From Oikopleura dioica (lineage: Eukaryota > Animalia > Chordata): a stretch of DNA of 64,000 nt. Position 1 is the first letter of the stretch, and each line of letters opens with the position of its first letter. Shown here one piece after another: positions 36,918 to 48,899 of this stretch. The notes beneath the pieces are model-generated. The model did no database searches, was not told where the DNA came from, and was given only the letters and a program-made list of their open reading frames with translations. The translations under genes were made by a program, and so were the position numbers. The stretch spans positions 9,300,001-9,364,000 of the forward strand of contig OU015569.1 of NCBI GenBank assembly GCA_907165135.1, in the 5' to 3' direction.

Positions 36918-39014
36918 TCAATTGCTTGTTGAGCGGCTTCGACTTCTGCTTCTCAGATCTCGATATTCTTTTCGCCGGCGTCTTCGATGACGATCGCGTG
37001 ATCTATTTTTGTGGTGAGCGAGAAAAGTGAGAATAATCACCTTGAACGAGAGCGACTTCTATGCGAGCGCCCATAGGATCTACTTCGAGAGCGGGACCTC
37101 CTTCGACGTTTTCCTCTTGATGCCGATCTACTTCGACTTCTCTTTTTATGACGGCTTGAGCTTCTGCTTCGACTTCTTCGGCGTCTTTTTGGCATAAGAC
37201 TCTGAGCACTCTCGTTTTTTGCGCCATCGACGGTATTACTATTGCTGTTATCTCCGTTGCTTTTATCAATCTTAAAGAATTATTTTCTGAAAAGGAGGGG
37301 AGAAGGGGGTTTTTGTACCGGAACTTCTCCATTTTCTTTTTTCGAGATCTTCTCCATTTCTCTGCTCACAATAATTTTTGCAACTTCTAAAAATGCTAAG
37401 ATAAATCGGGTGAAAAAGTCATTCACCTTCAGCTTTTTTTCTCGCTGCTTCGACCCTAGCTTCCATTGTAGGCGCAGTTTTGATTTCGAATTTAATAGGC
37501 TGATGATCGCTTTCCTTAGAGTCGTTGTTTTCTTTCGAGGATGTGTCGATGGATACTGGCGGCGACGGAGGCCTCGATGCTGTGAGTAAAGCTCTCTGGA
37601 GCATTGTTTGGAAATAGTTATAGAAAGGGTGACCCTTATTCATGAACTCAAGTGTGACTTGCATTCGAAGTCGTGTCTCTTTTTCTTCTCGCTCGGCGGG
37701 ATCAGTGGCTACCAATTCCTTCGTAACCCATTCAACAGTTTGGCAAATATTCGGAGGAGGAACTTGAACCATACTCTTGAACTTATTCTGGATCTCTTTT
37801 TGCTTCGCCCGTGCTTCTCTTTCAATTTGAGCTCGGCGCTCGGCTTCTTTTCGCTGTGAAATAATTTTGAAGAGAGGATGATTTTCGTCGACTGTGTTTA
37901 CTACAGGAGATGCTGAACGCTCCGACGTTTCTTGCACCGGGTTCTTCTTCTTTGATGCTGCTCGGGCCGCTGCGGCATTCAAAGCCAATAAACCTCCCTC
38001 GCAATCACTTCCAGAGTCAGATTCTGAGTCACTTGGTGGAGTTTTGCTAGCATCGGGATCGAACTCGCCAGTCGAGATTAACTTCTTGATGTGCTTGTAG
38101 TAATCATTTAAGACATGCCCAAAATTAAGAAAGTTGAATTTTTCGTTTCCAGACTGTTTCGCTTTCAGCAAGATTTCCATCTGATTATTTTGATTCGCAA
38201 GAAACTTAGCAGTTCTGAGAATGATCTCATGCTCAGTTTCAAGCTTTGGCAGCGGCATATTCTTTGGCAAAGTCAGACCCTCCGGCACAACAAAGGCTTT
38301 TCCCTGGGGTTCTTCTGGTTTTAAAAAGTGATTGTTTGTGTCGGATTCGTCATATGAGAATCCAACTGATCCATATTTTCCATTAGATTTTTGGCTCTCT
38401 TCCTTGTCTTCAGCTGCGATCTCCTCCTGAAGCTTGCGGTACTCGTCATCTAAAATTTTATTCAGTTCTTACTCAGGAAAATACTAATGTGGTGCTACTT
38501 CGTTCGACGTTGACGCTCCTCGCATTGAAACTAAAATATGAAGCATGCGATTACCTAGACTGGATCAACTTGTTCAATCGCTGGAATCTGATCTTTTTAC
38601 GCAGGGTAAAGCAAGTAACTGAGAAAAGGGGAGAAGTTCTCGACAGAAACGTCTTTATCTTGGCGCAATGAAATGTATTTTTCGAATGGGCACGTACCGT
38701 GATCGAGCTGTGAATCAAGATCTCCGAACCGGTCCCTGCGCAACATTTCAGTCTCGTCGACAGAGATCACATCACCGATCCTTTTCTCTGTCGCGCGTTT
38801 GTAGTCGATAGGGAACTCGAGGAGCCCGCGAACATCAAATCTATGCGTGATTTAGCATTGCGAACATTGCCTTCATTAGTTACCTATCTATTGTTGTAAG
38901 CAAATCTAACTCGTGCGGGTGAAGATGAGCTGATGTCTCAATTTCGGCTGCAGCATTTTTATCATTGAATATTTTGCATGCATAGCCAGTGACAGCCAGT
39001 TCCGGCTTCGACAT
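36918..39014 (-). CDS. SFSWAP: Splicing factor SWAP (DRY_EERY domain, SURP domains, RS tail)
   Basis: ELAVTGYACKIF...TIDRFDVRGLL; IILRTAKFLANQNNQMEILLKAKQ..FNFL; RS-rich C-terminus. Confidence 0.85.
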
Positions 39015-39253
39015 CTAGTGTCTGAATGGAAAGATACCAATATTTATAACCTTTCGTTTACGCAACAGAGGATACAACAACACAAATTCGACAAATTTTC
39101 TGTATTAAATAAGTTATTTATTTGTATTCGAATCAAGAAGGCATAATGCAAAATGGGGTTAAGTGCAGTATATTCATATCGATTAGTTAATAGAAGAGTA
39201 AAATCCTGAAGGGAATGCGTTGAACTTGACGATTGAAGAAATATTGATACTGA

Positions 39254-42200
39254 TTACCAAAGCGGATCGACCTTTTTCCAGAAATCTTGATTATCACGTG
39301 CTTGCCAGTAGGAATTTCCTGAAAAACGGTATTCCCCATTTTCATCCGCCTTGAAGAATCTTGGTTCATATTTAACGCCTAAGCTCTCACGCCTTCGTGC
39401 AGCTTTTCGTTGAATATCTTCGACACGCTTTTTCTCATCTTCTGCGTCTTGTATGCGACCTAAGAGATTTCTACTCGTCTGAATTTTAGATGAATTTTTA
39501 CCTTGCTCAAGAAGCTGTTGATCAGGTCGCCATCTGCTATCAGTATGAGGAAGGCTAGACTCATGTTGAGGGAGGATTTCATTCAGTTCAATAGCAAATT
39601 TCGTAAACCCGTAATATCGTTCATTGTCGGCGGATAATGCATGCTGGCGCCAGACGTTCTTCGCCTAGAGTTTGTTCTGTTAAATATATTCACTTAATAC
39701 GATCACTCACCGTTTCGCGCTTCTCTCCAACGTACAAACCTTCGTCCCACTTGCCGAACAAACTTCGGACTTTTGTTCCATCTTTCTTCCGAATCTCTCC
39801 AACGACTTCGTTTCGGCTGCTCGACATCCAACCCACTTTCTGGAAGGTGAAATTCGCATAGAGGCCATTTGGACCTTCTACGACACAGTCGCCAGTTTTT
39901 TCGACGTATTTCTGACCACTTATGATGTTGTGAATACAGGATGTTACTTTGGTCCAGGAATAAGTTGATCCATCGTCAAATTGAAGATAGCATTTTCCAA
40001 GCGGTGTGATTTCAATCGATTTCCCCCAGAACTTGTTTTTAAAACGGAAATCCAGCCAGTAGGTCCAACCCTGGCCAGTAGCATGACCGCAGCCGATGGG
40101 AGGATGATGGGATACTTGCTCTGAGCAAAACTTCCAGCCCAAATCGTCTCGCACAAGCTCGTAAGTTTCGCCGAGTACAGGATTAAATGGTTTTCGTCCT
40201 TGTCTCGTTGCTTCTGCGCCATAACACGAAAGGGCGAATGTCGCAACATTGACCATTCTCTCGATATCATTTGTCGCAACTGCTTGGTCGAGCAGGAATG
40301 AGTACTCAAGATCTTCAGCCATTTTTTGAAGAGCCGATAATGGTTCATTGAATGAAACGGGCATTGCAACTTTGGTAAGATCCTTTCCCATGTTCTTACG
40401 CAGAACATTCCAGAGTGACACTTGCATTCCATCAGGCATTGGTACAGGAAGGCGCGATCGTCTGTTGAATCCAGCTGGCCCGACTGGCGTTTCTGTTTTT
40501 CGCGTGTCATTCAACGCAGGCATCTCTTCGTCGGTATCTGAGTCGCCTTCATTGATTTCATGAAGAGAGCTGTTGTCATCGCTGCTGTCTCCACTCATCT
40601 CCAAGTCTGATTCAGCATCATAAAACAGGTCCGTCGTTGATCCATCAATAGACTCTCCAAGATGGCTTGTCTCGCGCTTCAGTGGTCGAGAAAGTATACT
40701 CGTAGAAGAACGCACAGTAGGGAGCGAATTAGATCCAACCGATGCAAACGCCCTGATTTGCTGTAGCTTCATTCGAAGCTCTAAAATAAAGCTTGATTCC
40801 CAATAATGGGTATTTTCGACTAACCATCATTCTCACGCATGAGCTCAAAGATTGTTTGATGGCCTGAGTGCTGCTCCAACGAATTTCTTTTTGTTGACGT
40901 ACTATTCGACATGTCAACGAGCTGGCCTTTCAAGTGCCGTGCATCAGTTATGCATTTTCTCGCAGTGTCTTCGAATTGTCTTTGAATGTCACTAATTTTG
41001 CTTATAACTCCGTCTGGTCCCTGAATCAAAAGATTAGCTTTACGAGAAGCGAGTCCGAATCTGCATGCGATAAAGAAAATCAGTCAAAGGATTGTTTTCA
41101 TCAAACATATCAATTCCCATGAAAACATTTGAGCAACGTTGACCAGCTCATATGCGTCTCAGTGAAATGATCTGTCAGCAAGGATAAAAAACAATTGGGA
41201 GTAAATATGAACATAAGTACGAGTTTGTAAATAATGAAACAGCTACCTTAGTAACGCGTACTGCTCACAACAGTAATTTGATTAGTGACAACAGCTATAA
41301 AAAGCTAGATGCATCTTAACCTTCCTATAACGTATCAAACGTGTGAGGAAACGACCCCGACAGGAGTATACGTTTGCTGGTATCGAACTCTTCCGCTTTA
41401 ACTGCGATAGAACATCAGTCAGTAATTTTTACTCTTATCCAAAGCACGTCTATTTCACTGAGACAGCGATAGACAGTGGCGAGTAGACGATTTATATCCT
41501 AAAGCTACAACTCACCAAATAAGCAGTCGTTATGCCTGATAGATCTGGTTGGCTTCTGGACAAGGTTTGAGAGCCGCCGAGGTCGGTGTCTTCGCTGATG
41601 CTGAGAGCTGATGCTAGAAGAAATAATAAGAAAAAAATAAAATGAAAAAGAGCGAATATGTGAAACCAAGTTTCACACACATGGAAAACATGAAAATCCA
41701 ATCAATGGTTTTAATTAAAAAAACACAAACCACTTTGCGTTAGCTTGGACTCCTGAAGATGGGGCACTAAAATTTAATGAAGTTAAAAAGTCATATCCCC
41801 GTACCGTCAAGTGTTTGTTGTGAGGAGCTGGAGGTTTTCGAGGATTCCCGCTTTCCTCGTTTGATCGATGGCCGAAATCTGGATTTTTTAGGTGATACGT
41901 TGGAATGTAGAGCTTCTTCGATTTCTGCGCGGTGGCTGGTTAGTTGAACAATGAGGTTTTCCATGTCTTGAAGTTTGTTCTCGATATGATTAAACTTTTC
42001 TCTAGGGATGCATGTGAGATATACACTTAAACATTTGCGTCTAACCTAGTCGTCGAGAACTCGTCCAAAGAAGAGCGCCGACCTGACGTAAAAGCGTCAA
42101 CGTCGAGAGGAAGAAGATTGGTATCGCTAGTTTGGGTGCCACCATCGGTGATAACATTTCCCCACGGAGAAGTCTGCTCTCTGTTTCGAGCCTGCAAGTT

Positions 42201-42574
42201 CGTGATTGATTGTCTTCTGTAGTGTTTGTGCGTTCTTAGAGCGTCGTATATAACAACCATAGTGTTGGGATCGGCCCCCCTGACAGGTTTCAAGTGAATT
42301 GGGGATCCCATATTTGTATCTTATCGAGATGTGAGAATCAGTCCAGACTAAAAAATAACTCACCAATATGAATTTCTTCCTTTTTGTCCTTTATAATTGC
42401 TGCATCTCCTAGATCAAGCGCACCATGCGCCCGTCTCATCTCCTCGTTTTTTCCATATTTGAGCCAGCCATCATCGAGTACGATAAATCGACGGTGGTAT
42501 CCTTTTAACGGCCACTTCCGCCGCTTCATATAGTAACCGGCAAAGCGGTTCGGCTTTTGAATCGAGTTCGACAT
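39254..42574 (-). CDS. Oxysterol-binding protein-related protein, ORP3/6/7 type (PH, FFAT, ORD)
   Basis: PH domain KRRKWPLKGYHRRF, FFAT-like DLFYDAE, ORD signature EQVSHHPP. Confidence 0.9.
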
Positions 42575-42751
42575 GTCTAAGAGTCTAAAAATAGTCGTCA
42601 GAAAAGGTCTCAACGTGGAAAACGGATTTGGCAGTTGAATGAAGAGGTCGGAAGTCTCAACTTGAACAGTGTGGATGTGAAGAACTAGAAGGAATGCGAG
42701 AATGATATTAAAAATTCAGTTCGTGAAGGAATTGTGTTATTGCTTTTTACA

Positions 42752-45613
42752 TCAATATTTGAAGACAATGAACATGAACATCGCAAGGAGAGCTGCCATC
42801 AGCGCCTAAACATAATTGAGCAAGGTTATTATGTTAGAGCGACAAACATAAATTAAGTTTTGTTTCTTCTGGCATTCTAAGAGCGCTAAATCTTTCTTTT
42901 CTTCCACATCGGCAAGTATTGCTGCGTTCATCTCTTTTTGCTCTGTCTGTAGCTCTCCAAGTCTTTTGACGAGGTCTGCGCGCTCCTAACCAGTGTAAGT
43001 TAAAACGCAATCGCAGGTGAATCAAACCTGAGCAACTGTTTCTACTTCGTTATTCTTAAACTGAAGCATCTCTTCTTTTTCTTTCAACTGAAGGACAAGC
43101 GCAGCTTTTTCCTCGTTTCTAAGCTTCTTTTCTGATTCGAAAATTCTAAGCTCTTCGTTCATAAAGTTATTCAGGGATTCATTTGGTTCCTGGAAGGCAT
43201 CTGGGAAGACGATTTCAGACAGTGTCTGGAAGACCTTAAGATTAAATAAGAAACAGCACTACAATAGATACTAATAATTCTTGCCTCCAATTCTTCTGGC
43301 CCGAGGTTTTTCTCCGCGACGGCTTCTCTGAGAACATCAAGAGCTTTCCCAGTTGAGTCTATGAATAACCCTTTGTTTACTTTTATATTAATAAATGACT
43401 CTACCGAGCGCGAAGTTCTTCAGTTGTTTTTTAAGGTCTTTTATGACCGAATCCTTCCGCTGACTTTCATTTTCCATCTTTTTGATTGTTATCTTAATTG
43501 CTTGTTCAAAGGGTTTTATTTAATATCGAATGTCTAACCTTTTGTTGGTCAACTTCAGCCTGCGCAGCGAGCTTTTCTTGGTATGATTTTCGGACGACGT
43601 TTTTTGAAAGCTGTTCGAGGTCGCTTTTCTCCTGGCATACTCTGCGGTGACTCTCTTGGAGAGTAGATACATTATCACCCTTTTAGTAGTGGTTACGAGT
43701 GACGTCAAAAGCAAAAATTAACCTGCAGCATATTTTCCAAACACTCAATTTTGCAGAGGAGTGTATCCTCTTCAAGCTTTTCGTCGCGTTGTTGCGCCTG
43801 AACTTCTGTGATGTCTGACAAAATGCCCTATCAAAAGCTATCAAAACATGTTCTAGAAAGGGATCTTCGTCGAACCTCTAACTTTAACAACTTCTTCTCT
43901 ACGGCCTCCGCGTATGGATGGAACTTTGCGATATCTGATCGATACCCATTAAGTTCTTTTTGCGTTGCCTCCTCATGCATCCGTCTTACTTCAGCTGCAA
44001 ATGTGATAAGAGAGGAAACTAATCTGTCTATTACCATCATGGTTATAAGGCGGTCTTGATGACTTCTTGGACGAAGTGGCGAGCTTTGAGATGAATGATA
44101 AATAATGCATTGAGCGCGTATATACTACCTTTGAGTAAGATTCGCGAGCCGCTGCTCCCGCAGGATTTGGTTCCACTTCAGTTCCATCAGGCAGGTAGCA
44201 TTTGATTTGACAAACGACACAAGGAATCGTCTGAGCGCGGGGACTGCTGTCCACGTCGACGCCAAATTGGAGAACGTCACCAGTAAGCACTAAACATGAT
44301 CGTAAACGTTCACTTTTATGAGCTGGAGCGGCTTATTAACGGTAGCCTCAATCAATAGCTTCAGTCGAAAGATTGTTCCTAAAATGAGTTTGCCGAAGGA
44401 TGTCAACTATGAAGATGTCACGGTTAAAGCAAAAGTGACAGGAGTTGAGAAGGCGCAAGTTCAGGCAACTGCCTATTTTACCCCGCCATCAGAGGAGACG
44501 AAACACATCCACGAGAGAATGCTCCAAATGTGCCTTGATGATCTCAACGCGAAAATGGAGAAGAAGCACGGGAATAGCTCTAGATGTAAGAAACATCTCT
44601 TTTAATTAATTTTTCACTTTCATAAAGCTTCATATCGACAAGCTGAAACGGGCGAGAAAAAAGTTAAGAAGTATCGCAAACGAACGGAATCGGAAAAGGA
44701 AGCAAGACGACAACAAGTGGGCTAATTTTCTTTTCTAAATTAAAAAAAATATTTCAAGAAACTGCGAGAGCAATCTTAATTTGCGATGGCAACGATGATC
44801 CATACGATTTATCCATATCTTTACACTTTTACACGGCATGTTTTATACTATTTTCTCCTAGGTCTAGGATCGGTGACCGTTTGAGATCTAAAATGAGTCG
44901 CTCGGGGTGAATCACCAGTGGCTGGAGCGCGGGTTTACCGGATATCCAGAGTTTGGAGATCGAGGATAATGTCCAAATGGACCCCTAGAATTTCTTCGAT
45001 CCGTTCAAATGAAAGGCTTGACTTGCCCATGAAATTATTAAACTGACTGTTTTGTTTAAAATAAACAGTTTTACATAATGTTTGAATGGCGATTTATGGA
45101 AAAAAATATTTTGGATCTCCAAAAATTAGAGATCGAGCCTCGATCTCCGTGCTCCTGGAGATCCAAACAACCCGCGCTCCACTCATTGGTGATTCATCTC
45201 GAGCGCCTCATTTCGGATCTCCAGCGATCACCCCCGATCCTAGACCTAGATTTTCTCTGCTAATCAAAATAAAAAGTTACCTTCGTGATCAGAGTCTGAC
45301 AGCTTTTGCCCGTTGACGAAGGTACCGTTGGAGCTTCCAGTATCTTTCAAATAAAATTTCTCGTTCAGAAATCTGATTTGTGCATGGGTCCGGCTTAAGA
45401 CTCTACAGTCGAATATTGCATTGTCTGACTGCGGCTTTAGAGGCCCTGAATACATAAATAACTAATTATAAGTCGAATACTTAAACATTCGACTCTACCT
45501 TGAGAGCGCCCGATTTTGACATGGTCTCCTTTTATTGGCAATTCGACCGTTCTTTTTTCGAACTGATAGCGAGTTCCTTCGCATTCAAATACGATCTTCG
45601 GGTTTTCTGACAT
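42752..45613 (-). CDS. SLMAP: Sarcolemmal membrane-associated protein (FHA, coiled coil, tail anchor)
   Basis: NAIFDCRVLSRTHA...DTGSSNGTFVN, GDVLQFGVDV, C-terminal hydrophobic ALMAALLAMFMFIVFKY. Confidence 0.85.
44384..44779 (+). CDS. Small (about 103 aa) unrecognised protein, 3 exons, nested antisense in a SLMAP intron
   Basis: ATG at 44384. Two short GT-AG introns restore one frame: MSLPKDVNYEDV...KKVKKYRKRTESEKEARRQQKLREQS*. Confidence 0.6.
44858..45249. mobile_element. MITE (392 bp, 8-bp TSD) in a SLMAP intron
   Basis: TSD ATTTTCTC (44850-44857, 45250-45257). TIR CTAGGTCTAGGATCGG...CCGATCCTAGACCTAG with about 125 bp of imperfect extension. Confidence 0.88.
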
Positions 45614-45738
45614 ACTAAACTGAAAAATTTTTTACTGATGCATTAGAAACATTTTTGCATTAATTCCCAGAGAACGTCTTTCACGTGAACGGATGAGCAA
45701 AAACACGGTACAGAACATCAATGATTTGAACTAATTTT

Positions 45739-48253
45739 CTAATTTGCCCCCGGTGGTGCTTGAATTCCGAGGGCACTCGCAGTCGCGCCCATCAGGGCGA
45801 GGCGTTTTCGTTCAGGCTCCCCTGTGACATCTAATTCTAGCTCTGGCTCGAGCATCGGTTGCATTGATGTTTGTTCCTTGACTCCGAGAACCTGAAAGGG
45901 TGTGGATTGAAAAAGAGAGTCGCAGCGGAAGAGAGCATACTTTATAAATTTGCCTATACGCCATAAGTCGGAGCGCGTGTTGAGCGGAGGCAGTGATATC
46001 TTCAGCTTCTTGAATCTCAATACAATCAAGAATATTTGTTAAGTCCTTTTCAACAGGATCCTTAAGCCCGTTTGTCCCAGGCAACAGCAGACCAGAAGCA
46101 ATACACTAAACCAAGGATCTCACGATGAGTCAGTTAACAAAATCGAAACCTCAAATACACGACGGAATCCTTCAGCAGTGGAAAAAGGAGGCCGTTCAAA
46201 AGGAGTTTCCAGGCAGTCGCAACAAATAACTTCAAGCGGCCAGCCAGAAAGTGGTGCCCATGTTCCTACACGCGCGCAGAGATCTCTCATGATTCGTAAA
46301 ACTGAAAACGTTAGAGATGACACGTCCACGTTACTAACCTGGTCTATGGTTAGCATTGGCTCGAGCACGGAACCATTTCGCTCGTCTAAGTTCAGAGAGG
46401 GCAGCTAGCTGCGGTTCAACATCCAAATGATTTTCCGTTAATTCAGGATCAGGCTCGTCATCCTAAAAATTTGTAAAAACAATACTGAACTCATGACACA
46501 GTATTACTCTTCTATTTTCTGGACGCAACGCCAGACAGGCTAGTCGAACAACGATTTCTACGTTCGTCGGAGAAGTGATTCCAAACCCGCATTCTTCCTG
46601 CAAAATATCTATTCGGTAACCGTTACCAAGCTTTGGTCCAAGTTTCTCAACAACATCGTCCAAGAAATCAATTGTAGGTGGGTTTTGACATTGAATAACA
46701 AGATGGACTTGTTTCTCGCCAGCCACGAGGATTCCTATCGCAGGGTTAAGCCAGGGATTAAATGAAACGACACAAGTTTAAGCTGGTTTCTCCTCATTCA
46801 ATTACCTTTTGCTGCAGGTCCGACGCGCATGACGCCGCGGATTGTTCGTTGACCATCGAGCATTGTTTCGTCGGAGACCTGCTTGACGCAGTTCTCAACC
46901 TTTTCAGCTGAGTCTTTGATCTCGTTTTCTTCCATCAGTTGAGGGATAATTTCTTTAAGCTTCACTTCTATATGTTTACCATCCCAGACTCTGAGATTAC
47001 GCATGTCGGCGGCGCGATCTCTTCTTTCTAGTCGCTCTTCTCTGAAAAATAAGTTAAAACTAGATGCAATCAAGCTTGACTCACTTTTCGGCGATCATTT
47101 GGGGGACTCTTTGTTGCCACATTTTGAGTTTCATCTGCTGTATAAGCTTGAAATTACATTTTACGTCATACTCCGGGTCAACCTTAGTCTTGTACGTAAG
47201 CTTATGCCTTTTTCCTTTTAGATGAGTATTTTTGGCAGTCTCGTCGTTGAAATCACAGTCACAAAGTCTACATCTGAACTTTGCTGGATTTCTTCCCGTA
47301 GCTGGAACAACCTCAATGTACTCTGAGCCGACGATTTCGTTTTCTTTGGCTTGCTCGTACAGTGACTTAGGTCTTTGCTTCTTTTGAGGTTTTGCTTCCA
47401 TGTTTTCGGGATTTAGCTCGACGATAACTGTTTGCTTCACTTTGACGCCATTACTCTTTTCAACGTTGGAATCTGCGAAACGTTCTTCCTCAAATCCACC
47501 GGAAAGTTCGCCATGCGTTTCTTTTAATCGTGTTCCGCCAACGAAGTTCATAGTTTTTGCTATTTTCTTTCTTGTTATGGGCTCGGCTCCTGGCTTCGGA
47601 CCGATAAAGACGTTGTAATTTTGACATGTAGCGAGTTTATATTTTTCTTCTCTAAGAGGCAAATCCATCTCGTTAATCATCCCCTGCTTTGATAAGTAGT
47701 CAATGAAGTCCCAAGCAGCAGCAGTTTGAGCTTCTTTTCTTGTTTGGGCTGTTCCTTGCCCTACATAAGGAAAACCAGTCGGCGCCACTGTCGAAAAGTA
47801 ACTCATCCATCCATTTTTATCTCTTCCTGCTGGTTTAGTCTCGTACTCGGGCAGGGAGCGTTGACGCCCACAGAATGCATATAAAAATGCTTTCACTTCA
47901 GTCACCATGATAGGCCTATTGGGATCCAGTCTTCCTGAACGAGAGAAAGGATCAGGTCCTTGACCAGCCCATACACGCGCTCGCGTCGCGATGGTGTCAT
48001 TGTATGTTTCGAAATTTGCTGACGCATTGGAGCCTAGGAGAGACCTGTCGCCGACATCTTTTGGGACGATTTGGGAGTTGTTTTCGCGTTGCACAGGAGC
48101 TCGGTAGAGCGCTTGAGACGCAGGGCGGGGTCCACCTTTTGGTTGCTGAACTGCTACTACTGCAGATCTGCTCTGTGCAGTCTGCTGGAAGGTTCCGGAT
48201 CTATTTTGAGTGTCACCCGTCTCCCCTCCATCGAACATACCAAAGGTCTCCAT
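45739..48253 (-). CDS. ZFR-like DZF-domain protein with one C2H2 finger and an N-terminal DHX9-type dsRBD
   Basis: FRCRLCDCDFNDETAKNTHLKGKRHKL; DZF motifs GVMRVG..AKG, LRRAKWF, EDITASAQHALRLMAYRQIYKVLG. Confidence 0.8.
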
Positions 48254-48336
48254 CTTGGCAGTTCTTAATAGATAACTGTAATTGATCTTGAGAGAATATT
48301 TATTTAATCAAAAGATTAGGTACAGGAAGATTTGTT

Positions 48337-48609
48337 TCAGGAATCCGATTTGGACAATAAATTATAGATCTCAGCGTTCCATATTTTGTCGAAGTGTTGT
48401 TGCCATTCAACTGGACATTTCTGCGTAAAGTCGTCTTGCAAAGGCTGGCATTTTTTCATGAGAGCGGGAAGATTTGGAGCTTCGAAAATTTTCTTCGACT
48501 CGTTAAGCTTCAAATGTGGCTTAACTTCTTCATTCATACAGCGATAGTAGTTGTCCCGTGCCTTCCAACAAAGTTCTCTATCTCTTTTTCGAAGAACCTT
48601 GCCGCCCAT
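48337..48609 (-). CDS. COA6: Cytochrome c oxidase assembly factor 6-like
   Basis: RELCWKARDNYYRC ... C..L...F.QKCPVEWQQHF twin-Cys pattern. Confidence 0.8.
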   Translation of the reverse strand: MGGKVLRKRDRELCWKARDNYYRCMNEEVKPHLKLNESKKIFEAPNLPALMKKCQPLQDDFTQKCPVEWQQHFDKIWNAEIYNLLSKSDS

Positions 48610-48899
48610 TCTAAAATAACGGAAAATTAAACAAAGAGATTGGAGTTTTGATGATAAATGATATCCGTCATGACAGTATAGAATAAGTTGAATTCTTGAA
48701 GAGTGAAGCCGAGCATGTCATGAATAACCGGTAAATAATTCGACATTTATCTGGGCGTTGCGCGTTTTTTTACCGGTTCTTCAAAACATGGCTTACATTT
48801 TGAAGTTACATTGAACTTAAGAAACGCAAAATAAAATGCTTACGGGTAAGATAACAGTTATCGAGACCGTAGGACATAAATTATTGAATCAACAAAAAA

